A DNA stretch of 64,000 bases from Minisyncoccota bacterium (GCA_017881075.1 JADGRH010000003.1:64682-128681), one strand, 5' to 3'. Positions 1-9,504 are shown, counted from the stretch's first letter. Notes: a model not told the origin generated them from the sequence alone. A program made the numbers and translations.

Positions 1-94
1 TCCGGTCGATGGGGTCGAGAAACGACATGGTCACAGGCTCTGTTTCGTCAGTGAGGATACGGATACCTTCCGTCAGGATTTCAGATGTGTTCAT
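1..94 (-). CDS. hypothetical protein, N-terminal fragment (continues past left edge)
   Basis: ATG at 94-92 on the minus strand, preceded by a purine-rich stretch. Open to the window edge (MNTSEILTEGIRILTDETEPV...). Confidence 0.3.
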   Translation of the reverse strand, partial: MNTSEILTEGIRILTDETEPVTMSFLDPIDR

Positions 95-218
95 TGCTCT
101 GCCCCCATGTTTAACACAGGACAAAACAAATGTCGAATACTTTGGCGGAGAGAGTGGTGTGAAGTTGGAACCAATTTGTTGGGAAATAAGGGTATTTGAG
201 GATTTTGTTCTACTTACT

Positions 219-554
219 CTAAAAATGTATTAGTGGTTTAAATCCTAATTTATTTTGTAATATAAAACCAATTGTTATAAGCAGAATTGGTACAATAACT
301 CTGATGACGAATTTTGTCGTTTTAGAATTTAAATTAGGATAGATTTTTCTTAAATAATACCAAATAAAAGTTTCGTTTCTATCTTTACCCATTTCTATGT
401 GGGTTAAAATACATCCATCAATTATCCAATACTGAATTTGCAAAAGAATAACTCCCAAAATGATTATTTTCCAGCTAATAAGTAAAGGTGAAAGATATGC
501 TGGTATTAACAGTAGTACATGTATCCAAAACCATAATCCAAATTCTTTTTTCAT
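219..554 (-). CDS. small integral membrane protein (possibly DUF2784-like)
   Basis: ORF-track 219..653 overlaps the tRNA; the internal ATG at 554 (MKKEFGLWFWIHV...) removes the overlap. About 3 hydrophobic helices; 'DGCILTHIE' resembles the CPLT motif of DUF2784 (from memory). Confidence 0.5.
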   Translation of the reverse strand: MKKEFGLWFWIHVLLLIPAYLSPLLISWKIIILGVILLQIQYWIIDGCILTHIEMGKDRNETFIWYYLRKIYPNLNSKTTKFVIRVIVPILLITIGFILQNKLGFKPLIHF

Positions 555-569
555 AAATTTAAAATATAT

Positions 570-659
570 TGGCGGAGAGAGCGAGATTCGAACTCGCGGT
601 ACCCTTTCGAGCACACAGACTTTCCAGGTCTGCCCATTAAACCGCTCTGGCATCTCTCC
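570..659 (-). tRNA. tRNA-Ser (anticodon GGA), type II with long variable arm, CCA encoded
   Basis: The reverse complement folds as a cloverleaf: acceptor GGAGAGA/TCTCTCC, anticodon stem CAGAC/GTCTG with loop CTGGAAA, long variable arm, T-arm GCGAG-TTCGAAT-CTCGC, 3' GCCA. Confidence 0.9.
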
Positions 660-858
660 AAGATAATTAAAACTAACCTATTTTTGACACAAATTCAATT
701 CAGAGATGTCCGAAACGGGGTGTCGGACACCTCGTTTCGGACATTCAATTTGACTTGACAATAACTTCCATCAGGAGTAATTTCAAAAATAGATGATTGG
801 TCGAGTGATCAGCCAGTACTAAGACAAACCAAACAAGAACAAAAAAGAAAGGTTCATT

Positions 859-1455
859 GTGAACTTGAAGAAAAAAATAATGGTGTCCGTGGTAGCTGCC
901 GCGATAGTGGTGGCCACTATGGGGATTAGTGAGCATTTCCTTAACCAAGCAGAGATTCGCTTCAATCAACGACAGGAAGCAGAACTTGGCGCCAAACAGT
1001 TTCGTCAGGATGTCCAGCCGATGCTCGACAGCTTCTATTTTGAACACAACTTGCAGGCTGGAGACATGGCTCTTCATGCGGTGGCGTTGGAGAGGGCTCG
1101 TCTCGCAACCTACTACCATGGCGGCTTCGCCCATTACTTATGGGAATCGAATGACCCGATTGACCAAAAGAATGTTCCTCTCGTCGTTATGGCCCGGGAC
1201 AATCTACAACAGTATGTGATCGTCTCTGGAAAGATAACCTATCTGAAAGATGGTGATTGTCAGGAAGAACTCCGATTGGTTATCTATACCTTCCCGCACA
1301 AGAAAGGTGATCCACGACGTCGCGTTGACGAAAATGGGCAAGTGAGTGCCTTTATTAACGAAAAATGGCTCGTCGATCTGGATCAAACTCTTGCAGACAA
1401 AATCCGGGCCCAAGCTTATCTGGCACTTATTGATCGACCGCTTCATATACTCTGA
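859..1455 (+). CDS. hypothetical protein with N-terminal signal/anchor helix
   Basis: 198-aa ORF; N-terminus MNLKKKIMVSVVAAAIVVATMG is hydrophobic. GC visibly higher than neighbours; no motif recognised. Confidence 0.6.
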   Translation: MNLKKKIMVSVVAAAIVVATMGISEHFLNQAEIRFNQRQEAELGAKQFRQDVQPMLDSFYFEHNLQAGDMALHAVALERARLATYYHGGFAHYLWESNDPIDQKNVPLVVMARDNLQQYVIVSGKITYLKDGDCQEELRLVIYTFPHKKGDPRRRVDENGQVSAFINEKWLVDLDQTLADKIRAQAYLALIDRPLHIL

Positions 1456-1583
1456 TGGATGTAGTCGGCGCCCATACTTCAAGTCCTTCACAACGCGACG
1501 TTGTGGAGGCTTTTTATTTTCCTCATGAAATTTTTTTAAAGTTTTGGTTTGAATAATCCTCGGCGATAGGCGATACTCTATCC

Positions 1584-3242
1584 ATGACTCAAGCAGAAGC
1601 ACTGGATATCTTAAAGATGGGACACAATGTATTTATCACCGGCGCAGCTGGAAGTGGCAAAACTCACACTCTGCGTGCCTATATTGATTATTTGAACAAG
1701 AGCAATGCGAGCGTTGCCATTACCGCATCCACGGGAATTGCGGCTACGCACATTGGTGGTAGCACCATTCACTCATGGAGCGGCCTGGGAGTCCGCGATT
1801 CTCTTTCCGAGCAGGACTTAAGTGAAATGGAAGAGCGACAATATCTCTGGCGACGATATGATCAAGTAAGGATTTTAATAATTGATGAAGTTTCAATGCT
1901 CCATCATTTTCGATTTGATCTTTTGGATAAAATTTGCCGATTTTTCAAAAGAAACGATGCCCCCTTCGGGGGCATGCAAATAGTGCTTTGCGGTGACTTC
2001 TTCCAACTGCCGCCAGTCACCATAATGGGGGAGCCGGAGGCAAGCTTCATTCATAAATCAGATGTTTGGGAAGAGATGAATTTGAAGATCTGCTATCTCT
2101 CCGAACAGCATCGCCAAAATATTGAAGACGAATATTTTAAAATCCTAAATGAGATCCGCGGGAATGATGTCGGCACGGATACATACGAACTCCTACAATC
2201 CCGTCTTAACCAAGAATCCGAATCAAAAATTCCGCCGACTCGTCTCTACACTCACAACATTGATGTTGATGCCGTGAATAACCGCGAGCTCGGAAAGATT
2301 GCGGGGGAGGCAAAAATTTACGCCATGTCTTCCAAAGGAAGGGCCGCTATAGTGGAGACTTTGAAAAAGAGTTGTCTTTCACCGGAGAAACTTTCTCTTA
2401 AAATTGGAGCCAAAGTAATGTTCGTTAAAAATAATTTTGAGAAACATTATGTTAATGGAACATTGGGGATAGTTGTGGCTTATGATTCAGCCGGTTATCC
2501 TATTGTGGAAACTCTTTCTGGAAAGAGGATACTGGCCACACCGGAGAGCTGGATGATAGAAGAAGAGGGCAAGATTAAAGCCGAGATCAATCAAGTGCCG
2601 CTCCGGCTCGCCTGGGCTATTACTGTGCATAAAAGCCAAGGAATGAGCCTTGATGCGGCAGAAATGGACCTATCAAAATCTTTCATTAAAGGGATGGGAT
2701 ATGTGGCTCTTTCGCGAGTGCGTAGTTTAAAAGGCTTGAAGCTACTCGGTATCAATCAAATGGCTCTGCGAGTAGATGAAGGTGTTTTTGAATACGATCA
2801 AACTCTCCGATCACTTTCAAAACAAAGCCAAAGTGAGTTAAAGAAGATGACCGCAAGCGAAATGAAAAAAGAGCAGGGAGAATTTCTGGCGAAAGTTGCT
2901 GGCTCCAAAAAAATTAAGGAAGAAAAAATAGCCACTCATCACAAAACCAAAAATCTTTTGCTCCAGAAGCTCTCTTTGGAAGAAATGGCAGAGGCGCGTG
3001 GGATGACCACCGAGACTATTGTCAGTCATATTGAGAAATTACTAGAGGAAGATCCGTCGTTTGATGTTCAGTATCTTTTCAATGCTAATTTTACTGATGA
3101 GCGTTTTCAGAAAATTGAAAAAGCTTTTGAAAAATCTTTAGCCAAGAATGGCGACTATCGTTTGGCGCCGGTGCGAGGTCTGCTTGGGCCCGATTTTGAT
3201 TATTTGGAACTGCGCATAGCGAGGTTGTTTTTGGGAAAGTAG
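1584..3242 (+). CDS. PIF1/RecD-family SF1 DNA helicase
   Basis: Walker A GAAGSGKT, Walker B LIIDEVSM, CGDFFQLPPV, and AITVHKSQG near the C-terminus. C-terminal helical HTH-like tail as in bacterial Pif1-like helicases. Confidence 0.85.
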   Translation: MTQAEALDILKMGHNVFITGAAGSGKTHTLRAYIDYLNKSNASVAITASTGIAATHIGGSTIHSWSGLGVRDSLSEQDLSEMEERQYLWRRYDQVRILIIDEVSMLHHFRFDLLDKICRFFKRNDAPFGGMQIVLCGDFFQLPPVTIMGEPEASFIHKSDVWEEMNLKICYLSEQHRQNIEDEYFKILNEIRGNDVGTDTYELLQSRLNQESESKIPPTRLYTHNIDVDAVNNRELGKIAGEAKIYAMSSKGRAAIVETLKKSCLSPEKLSLKIGAKVMFVKNNFEKHYVNGTLGIVVAYDSAGYPIVETLSGKRILATPESWMIEEEGKIKAEINQVPLRLAWAITVHKSQGMSLDAAEMDLSKSFIKGMGYVALSRVRSLKGLKLLGINQMALRVDEGVFEYDQTLRSLSKQSQSELKKMTASEMKKEQGEFLAKVAGSKKIKEEKIATHHKTKNLLLQKLSLEEMAEARGMTTETIVSHIEKLLEEDPSFDVQYLFNANFTDERFQKIEKAFEKSLAKNGDYRLAPVRGLLGPDFDYLELRIARLFLGK

Positions 3243-3310
3243 TCTTGAAAGGAATTGAACAAAAACCAAAACTAAGTAATAATGGAATGGTTATATAATA
3301 AATCAAAACA

Positions 3311-3730
3311 ATGAGCGAAAAATTTGAACCAAATCCATTGACTCCTGAAACACCTCCTGAGAAATCGATTCAGAGACTTGCTGAAGAGATTTACAAGAAG
3401 AGACCAAAGGATGGCCCTATGATTATTATGGATGTGGACGAGACAAAAAGAGAAGCTCTTTTGACTGCAGTGTCAGTGCTCTGTAAGACTGGTGAAGTTG
3501 AGGAACCAATGCCTCCAATATTTTTTGTTAACGATAAAGAAGATCTTGCTTCATTAGCCCCGAAATTAGTGGATGACGAAAGCACAATAAGACAAGCAAT
3601 GGAAAAACTTCAGCTCGCCGATTTTCCCGAACCAATCTTAGTCGATGAGAAACCTCCAGAACCATGGCACCCAAAAGCTAAACATCCTCCCTGGGAAAAA
3701 CGTCCCAAGAAAAAAGGAAGGAGAAAATAA
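3311..3730 (+). CDS. hypothetical protein, Pro/Lys-rich C-terminus
   Basis: 139-aa ORF ending 8 nt before the next gene; no recognisable domain. Confidence 0.5.
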   Translation: MSEKFEPNPLTPETPPEKSIQRLAEEIYKKRPKDGPMIIMDVDETKREALLTAVSVLCKTGEVEEPMPPIFFVNDKEDLASLAPKLVDDESTIRQAMEKLQLADFPEPILVDEKPPEPWHPKAKHPPWEKRPKKKGRRK

Positions 3731-3737
3731 ATAAAAA

Positions 3738-4505
3738 ATGGCTCAAAATTTATATCAGTTTTTAAAAAACATAGGCATTTCTCAAAAAGAGGTAAATGTT
3801 TACATCTATCTTTTGTCGGTGGAATCAGCTCTGCCAATGGAAATTGCTAAGGAGACCAATCTTAAGAGGTCCACTGTATATGTAATCCTCGAACTCCTAA
3901 AAGAGAAAGGGTTAGTGCGCGAGGTAGAGCGAGGCAAACGCTCCGCCTATATCTCGGAAGACCCGGAAAGAATCAGATTTCTTTTGGAACAACTTCGACT
4001 TCAGACGGAAAATAGTATTAAGGGATTGAATATCATAATTCCTCAACTGAAAGCCACTCTTCGAAAAGAAGGGGAGCCGCCACTGATCAGATTCTTTGAA
4101 GGAGAAAAAGCGGTTCAGGTCTCAATGGAGGAATTGGCGGACAATCCTAAATTTAGAAAAGAGTTAAATTATGATGTTTTTCCACTTGAGCTAATCTATA
4201 AATTATTCCAGAGAAAGAATTTGCGAAAATATATTAATCTTCGCATTCATAACAATGAAAACTTCAAAATCCTCTATACATCAGATGAAGGAGGGTTAAC
4301 CAACGCGGAGACACACGGACAAGAAGCGATCAAGATTGACCAAAAAGAATTTCCTCTATCATGTGACATCGCCATCTTTGAAGATGAGGTTAGAATTCAT
4401 ATGTTGGGTAAACCTATTTACGGCATATTGATTAAAAACTTGGAATTGGCCCAGACTCTCACTAGTATTATCAAATTGGCAATAAAAGGAGCCAAGGTAA
4501 ATTAG
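3738..4505 (+). CDS. TrmB-family winged-helix transcriptional regulator
   Basis: N-terminal wHTH (LKNIGISQKEVNVYIYLL...MEIAKETNLKRSTVYVILELLKEKGLV) with a long C-terminal domain, the typical TrmB architecture. Confidence 0.7.
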   Translation: MAQNLYQFLKNIGISQKEVNVYIYLLSVESALPMEIAKETNLKRSTVYVILELLKEKGLVREVERGKRSAYISEDPERIRFLLEQLRLQTENSIKGLNIIIPQLKATLRKEGEPPLIRFFEGEKAVQVSMEELADNPKFRKELNYDVFPLELIYKLFQRKNLRKYINLRIHNNENFKILYTSDEGGLTNAETHGQEAIKIDQKEFPLSCDIAIFEDEVRIHMLGKPIYGILIKNLELAQTLTSIIKLAIKGAKVN

Positions 4506-4858
4506 GCAAATATTTCTCATACAGATTGTTTCAATTATCTAGTAAGAATTAGACAATTATTGTATTTAGTTTGTTAAAACAGGCCTGATTACCCAATTCT
4601 TTTGTTATATATAAACATTTTCTACTTAAAATGAGAGCAACAATTCTTACTCGTCTAATCATCATTGACACTTATTGTCACTTGCTCTAATTTTACATCA
4701 GAAACAGTTTTTTGACAGCCGGCACGGGCTTCCACTTACAGTTTCGCCGGCCTTCTTCACAGCTCGGAGGGGAATTCATTAATGCCCTCCAAGCTGTGAT
4801 CTGCGTTCAAATGGACGTGGAAGGCTAGCAAAACCAAGTAAATAAGGAGAAATAAGTT

Positions 4859-6139
4859 ATGAGTATACGTTTCGTTATCTCAGTTATGTTGGTTGGCCTT
4901 TACATGGCCATATCAATCCTGTATCCAGTAGCCCAAGGCCCGATCGAAGGAAAGATCGCGGCCAGTATGGTCCAAGATAGTGATGCGTCTTATGCAGCGG
5001 CTCACGCCCTGCTCACGACGCATTCGCCGATAACCATTATCGGTTGGGCAGTGTTCATAGCATTGCTCGTCATCTGGGTGCCAGTTTTACGGCGCGCCCT
5101 CAAGCGCCCCACTAAAACGGCAGCGACATTTCTCGGGTGTATCGCCTTTTTGGCGACCATTCTCACCACGGGATGTGTGGGACCTTATAAGGTAGAGAAG
5201 TTCGAGACCATCGAATCAAACGAGACGGCCTTCGTCGTTCCCTTGGAGGGTGCGACGCTCGCCAATCAAGCGAAGTTCATGTCTATCGACTATCTCAATT
5301 CGCCTGAAGTGAAAGTGGCGACCAAGCGGATCACTATTCCGCAACGGCAACGCGACACAGGACGGGTGGCCGGTAATTACGAATGGATTGACACCGTTCG
5401 CGTCATCAAGGTAAACCGGGCGCCTATCACCAGACAGTGGGTGAAGGCCTCAACACAAGGCACTTCTAAATCCGACGAGGCCATCGAGGTGGAGTCTAAA
5501 GAGTCAATCGACTTCTACACCGGAGCGGTCTGCAGCGGGTTTATCGCTGAAGAGGATGCGGCAAGGTTCCTCTATTATTTCGCCGGGAAACCTTTAAGCG
5601 AAGTGATGGACGAGAACGTACGCGGGTATGTTCAAAACCTGATGTGGGTGGAGTTTGGTACGCGGGACTTGACCGCTGCCAAAGAGGCCAAGAAAGAGAT
5701 CATGGATGCGGTTTCCAAATCGACGAAGGAGTTCTACTCCAAGCAAGGGATAACGATCTCTTACGTCGGTGGAGCTGAAGGTCTGACCTACAAGGATCCA
5801 AAGATCCAAGAATCCATCAACTCGGCCTTCATCGCCGAGAATGACCGCAAAGTGGCGGATCAGGAGAATCAGGCCCAAACGATTAGGAATACCAAATTGG
5901 TTTCCATCGCTACAGCACAGCGTCAGGCGGCTGAAGAGTTCGCCAAAGCGCAGAATGCCATGATTGCCAAGACCCAGCTCGAGATCCAAATGAAGCAGGC
6001 AGACGCCATGCTGGAGATCGCGCATAACTCGCACGGCATCAGCATCCAACCGGGTGCGATCTTGTCTGAAGGGTCGCCCTTCCTGTTTGGCCTGGATAAG
6101 GTCACGGGAGCTCGGCCGCCGGTCACTGCAAATAAGTAA
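4859..6139 (+). CDS. membrane protein with SPFH/band-7-like domain
   Basis: Good SD (aaggag) upstream. N-terminal TM helices, a central beta-rich region, and a C-terminal Ala/Gln/Glu-rich helix (QRQAAEEFAKAQNAMIAKTQLEIQMKQ) typical of SPFH proteins. GC-rich relative to flanks. Confidence 0.55.
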   Translation: MSIRFVISVMLVGLYMAISILYPVAQGPIEGKIAASMVQDSDASYAAAHALLTTHSPITIIGWAVFIALLVIWVPVLRRALKRPTKTAATFLGCIAFLATILTTGCVGPYKVEKFETIESNETAFVVPLEGATLANQAKFMSIDYLNSPEVKVATKRITIPQRQRDTGRVAGNYEWIDTVRVIKVNRAPITRQWVKASTQGTSKSDEAIEVESKESIDFYTGAVCSGFIAEEDAARFLYYFAGKPLSEVMDENVRGYVQNLMWVEFGTRDLTAAKEAKKEIMDAVSKSTKEFYSKQGITISYVGGAEGLTYKDPKIQESINSAFIAENDRKVADQENQAQTIRNTKLVSIATAQRQAAEEFAKAQNAMIAKTQLEIQMKQADAMLEIAHNSHGISIQPGAILSEGSPFLFGLDKVTGARPPVTANK

Positions 6140-6168
6140 CGACCTTTAAAACGTAGAGAGAAATCTCG

Positions 6169-6210
6169 GCGCGTGGTCCGGTTGAGCAATCAACCCCCAC
6201 GCGCTTTTTT
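6169..6210 (+). terminator. intrinsic terminator after the SPFH-like gene
   Basis: Stem gcgcgtgg (6169-6176) / ccacgcgc (6197-6204) followed by tttttt. Confidence 0.7.
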
Positions 6211-6312
6211 AATTTAACTTTTCTTTATGGGAGATTCATCACCCATTTATATATTTAAGTAATAGCAGAAAGATTTGCAAGGATTTGGGTATTCCTGAAG
6301 AAGATTAAAATT

Positions 6313-6346
6313 AAAAAATCCGGCCGAAGCATTTGTCGGCCGGATT
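6313..6346 (-). terminator. conserved hairpin terminator, copy 1 of 3
   Basis: aaaaaatccggcc-N12-ggccggatt. 9-bp stem, 12-nt loop, U-run on the minus strand; 15 nt after the receiver gene stop. Confidence 0.8.
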
Positions 6347-6361
6347 ATCAAAACCATTCGC

Positions 6362-6733
6362 TTAGCTCACGGATGATTGTGTGAGCTGGAGATCAAGAAG
6401 TCGGATTACTGTGTCGGGCACGTCGTCCTTGCGCGATGCATGACTACATCCGGCCGACATCATCAGTTGTTGGACCTTAAAGCATCCCGCCGCTGTTACT
6501 ATCGGCATGGCAGACTTCTGGCGCAATTCGCGAATGAAAGGTTCAGTATTATAGGTATAGCCCGGAACACAGCCATCAACGACTACCAGATCAAAAGGAT
6601 CCGAGCGGTCCAGGATTTTCTGGGCACCCTCCAAGTCAAACGCTTGGTTGATAACAACCTCGTATCTGCAAAGTTTCTTCTCCCAGTCGAGCTGGTACTG
6701 CGGGTTATCCTCTACAAGTAAGATTTTTTTCAT
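6362..6733 (-). CDS. single-domain response-regulator receiver protein (CheY-like)
   Basis: MKKILLVEDN..., putative phospho-acceptor in FDLVVVDG, T in PIVTAAG, K in ASRKDD. No output domain. Confidence 0.75.
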   Translation of the reverse strand: MKKILLVEDNPQYQLDWEKKLCRYEVVINQAFDLEGAQKILDRSDPFDLVVVDGCVPGYTYNTEPFIRELRQKSAMPIVTAAGCFKVQQLMMSAGCSHASRKDDVPDTVIRLLDLQLTQSSVS

Positions 6734-6793
6734 AATTCTAAATCGGATACTACATTAAATGCCAAAAAAATCAAAATCAGGTAGTATTAACCC

Positions 6794-7705
6794 ATGGATC
6801 AATCTCAAAACTCCACTAGAGAATATTCTGCCATTAGCCCAACATCTCGCAGCTCATTTTGGATGAAAACTTTCACCGACATTCCTTACGTGCGGGAAAT
6901 ATACGACGAGCTGGAAAAAGGGAAGCAGAGTGGAGCGGAAAGCAAAATCAGGGATTACGGAATCAATCATGTTGGTCTCTCAAGTATTGCTCCATATTTT
7001 GAGGCGAGATACTTAATCATTAATAGATTATTGAAAGAAGTTGGAGCGACACAGATTATTGAATTAGCTTCCGGCCTCACTCCTCGGGGTCTTGAGCTTA
7101 CCAAAGATCCAAATATCACTTTCATCGAATTAGACCTCCCTGATGTAATCGAAGAGAAAAAGAAAATAGTGGAAAATATTATAAGAGAGCATAAAATCGG
7201 CGATCGTAACAATTTGTATCTGGAAGCAGGAAGCGCCCTGGAAGAAGCGGATATCATGAAAGCCGCCTCTCATTTTGATGAAAAGAAAGAGATCGCTATT
7301 ATTAATGAAGGATTACTTCGCTATCTGAAAAGAGACGAACAGGCAAAAATGGCTCAGGCGATCTTACCCGTGCTTCAAAAATTCGGGGGAGTATGGATCA
7401 CCCCTGATATTGGCATCAGAGATAAAATGCTGGCAGGACAAGCGAAATTGTCGCCGATATTCATAGACAGAACTAAAAAGTTGGAAAAAATGACGGGCGC
7501 TGGAAATTTTTCCGACAACCTTTTCGCCGATGCTGCAGAAGCCAAGGCAATCTATGAAAAACTAGGATTTGAGATAGAGATGCATACTTACTCTGAAGTA
7601 TCCGATCAACTCGTTTCACCCACTAAACTCGGTCAACCAAAAGAGATTACAGACTCACTTATGGAATGGAGCAAGGTCTTTGTGATGCACCCAAAGACCA
7701 AATAA
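6794..7705 (+). CDS. class I SAM-dependent methyltransferase (LCMT/TcmP-like)
   Basis: Motif I-like IIELASGLTPRG and acidic post-I FIELDLPDV; length and layout match leucine-carboxyl/O-methyltransferase-like proteins. Confidence 0.65.
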   Translation: MDQSQNSTREYSAISPTSRSSFWMKTFTDIPYVREIYDELEKGKQSGAESKIRDYGINHVGLSSIAPYFEARYLIINRLLKEVGATQIIELASGLTPRGLELTKDPNITFIELDLPDVIEEKKKIVENIIREHKIGDRNNLYLEAGSALEEADIMKAASHFDEKKEIAIINEGLLRYLKRDEQAKMAQAILPVLQKFGGVWITPDIGIRDKMLAGQAKLSPIFIDRTKKLEKMTGAGNFSDNLFADAAEAKAIYEKLGFEIEMHTYSEVSDQLVSPTKLGQPKEITDSLMEWSKVFVMHPKTK

Positions 7706-7737
7706 AAAATCCGGCCAGAGAATTCACGGGCCGGATT
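7704..7737 (-). terminator. conserved hairpin terminator, copy 2 of 3
   Basis: aaaaaatccggcc-N12-ggccggatt. The stem overlaps the TAA stop of 7736..8089; also sits just after the convergent methyltransferase gene. Confidence 0.8.
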
Positions 7738-8089
7738 ACGAAAAACTTCTGAGTCCTAACAGCATGATGATGGTATTTACCAAATCGTCAGGATGAGCCT
7801 CATGGGTGCATCGAAAATAATTCAACATAATCTGTCGGATACCGGGACTTTTGTCCACAACCACAATGGGTCCATTGCAATGAGGAGGAAGACTCTTCAG
7901 AAGTGCTCCGGTGTTGAACGTTTTTGACCCAACACAAGTTTCGACGGCTACAAGGTCATAACGATCAGATTCCTCAATCGCGAATCTAACGTCGTAGGCG
8001 TAGCTTGCGCTGACGTCATATTCCTCCAACCTCCTTTGCCACTCGGTCGCCAGGTCATTGTCATTAGTCACAATTAAGATATTCTTCAT
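7736..8089 (-). CDS. receiver-like single-domain protein, degenerate (Glu at phospho-acceptor position)
   Basis: Paralog of 6362..6733 and 9503..9856. YDLVAVETCVG replaces DLVVVDG; conserved C-T-H motif near the C-terminus. Confidence 0.65.
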   Translation of the reverse strand: MKNILIVTNDNDLATEWQRRLEEYDVSASYAYDVRFAIEESDRYDLVAVETCVGSKTFNTGALLKSLPPHCNGPIVVVDKSPGIRQIMLNYFRCTHEAHPDDLVNTIIMLLGLRSFS

Positions 8090-8219
8090 TAGTCTTTCCT
8101 CATATTACACAGCCTTCCTTGGAAATCAAGGTAGAAATGGAAGTTATACCGAAAATAAAAAAGCGGCCACCCCTTTCGAAGTGCCGCTTGTTTGAACGCG
8201 ATGCGCGCTAAGATACCGC

Positions 8220-9350
8220 TTACTCTCTTAGCATCAGCGAGACCGTGTCGGGGAACGTTGTTGTGTAATCCCCGAAGATCTGCATGCCGAAACTTTTCGG
8301 CGTCACTTTGTCCCAAGTGATCTTCTCGTTGGCACCGGCGCCGGAATATGATCCGACACTCATTGGGGATGTGTGGTACTCGACGAAACCTCCCCATGGT
8401 CTGATGAGCTTGTCCTGTAGACGATGTGATTCGTCTGCGAGGAAGTCATGCTTGAGGTGGGGGACAACGCAAATGGCGAAGTCTCCAGCAATGCCGCCAC
8501 CAAGCTGGACGAAAGCCAGCGGAGTTTTGCGGGTCACGTCCATGTAGAATTCCGCGAGCGCATGCATGTACGAAATCCCCGGAAGGACCACGTTCATGTC
8601 GATCGGCGCCTCGATCTTGTAATTTTTCAAGAACCAATGGTCGCCCTTGTAGCACGCCTGAGCAAAAATATTGCCCATCGTAGAATCTTCGAATCCAGGA
8701 ACGAAGAGCGGAATGTCGAGTTTTGCAGCTTTGCGAAGCCAACATTCTTCCGCATTGGCCGTCGGATCTTTTCTGATCAGATCGTGCTTGAACAGGTGAT
8801 AGAAATACTGATGCCAGAGTTTCCGCTCCTTATTTACTCCGGCGATCCTCCATTGCTTCATGAGCTTGGGCAGGATGACTCTGACCGATTCGTCTTCCGG
8901 CAGGATCGTGTCTGTGATTCGGCGGAAACGAAGGCGGCGAAGCTCCTCTTCCTGTTTGGGCGTCAAGGATTGATAGTTGGGAATGTAGACATAATACTGA
9001 TTTGCTGAGAATCGGTAGGCGCTTTCTTCCATGTTCGCGCCGGTAACTGACATTCCGGCGATGTATCCGGCGTCCATCAGTCTGGTGATGGGTACACCGA
9101 GCTGGAATGATGATCCGGCTCCGGCCATTGATAAGAATATCTTGCCGCCCTCTTCGCAGAAATCTCGAAGCCAAAGGCCGGCATCGACAGTTCTTCCTCC
9201 GTTGCAATGGCGCTTGTTCTGGACCAGTGAATTTGAGACGGGGCTGTCTGCGCTGGGGGTATAACGTCGTTCTCCCACAGTGATCATCTTGCGAAGCCCA
9301 GGACTGAGCTGAGCCATTTTTTGTTTAAGGGACATGATTTGATTTGACAT
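8220..9350 (-). CDS. deoxyhypusine synthase-like family protein
   Basis: Layout and motifs parallel DHS: SMAGAGSS...VTGANMEE, QLGGGIAGDF (cf. ILGGGVVKHH), GSYSGAGANEKITWDKV (cf. GSDSGARPDEAVSWGKI). GC-rich: 31 G+C in 8221-8280. Confidence 0.65.
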   Translation of the reverse strand: MSNQIMSLKQKMAQLSPGLRKMITVGERRYTPSADSPVSNSLVQNKRHCNGGRTVDAGLWLRDFCEEGGKIFLSMAGAGSSFQLGVPITRLMDAGYIAGMSVTGANMEESAYRFSANQYYVYIPNYQSLTPKQEEELRRLRFRRITDTILPEDESVRVILPKLMKQWRIAGVNKERKLWHQYFYHLFKHDLIRKDPTANAEECWLRKAAKLDIPLFVPGFEDSTMGNIFAQACYKGDHWFLKNYKIEAPIDMNVVLPGISYMHALAEFYMDVTRKTPLAFVQLGGGIAGDFAICVVPHLKHDFLADESHRLQDKLIRPWGGFVEYHTSPMSVGSYSGAGANEKITWDKVTPKSFGMQIFGDYTTTFPDTVSLMLRE

Positions 9351-9470
9351 AGTGCTTTCCTCGGTTTGTGTTGTTCTTCTCTTCTGAAATCATATTACTT
9401 AAATAGGGGATTAGTTCAAGTTATGGGTTTTCCAAATTTTGAGCGGGTTTTTCACGAAATTGAAGAAAAT

Positions 9471-9504
9471 AAAAAATCCGGCCTGTGAATCGGTCGGCCG
9501 GATT
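9471..9504 (-). terminator. conserved hairpin terminator, copy 3 of 3
   Basis: aaaaaatccggcc-N12-ggccggatt; the stem overlaps the TAA stop of 9503..9856. Confidence 0.8.

Noticed and set aside
9-233. 74-aa plus-strand ORF at the left edge
   Set aside because: No motif or RBS. It overlaps a more plausible minus-strand gene start (94..1) and the tRNA-end repeat.
5594-6189. Minus-strand ORFs 5594..6049 and 5923..6189
   Set aside because: Antisense shadows of the GC-rich SPFH-like gene; low-complexity translations.
8089-9264. Cluster of overlapping ORFs in other frames and strands (8089..8397, 8284..8547, 8446..8745, 8448..9008, 8830..9207, 9031..9264)
   Set aside because: They are shadow ORFs of the GC-rich deoxyhypusine-synthase-like gene (8220..9350). 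Their translations are Arg/Ser/Pro-rich and lack motifs.
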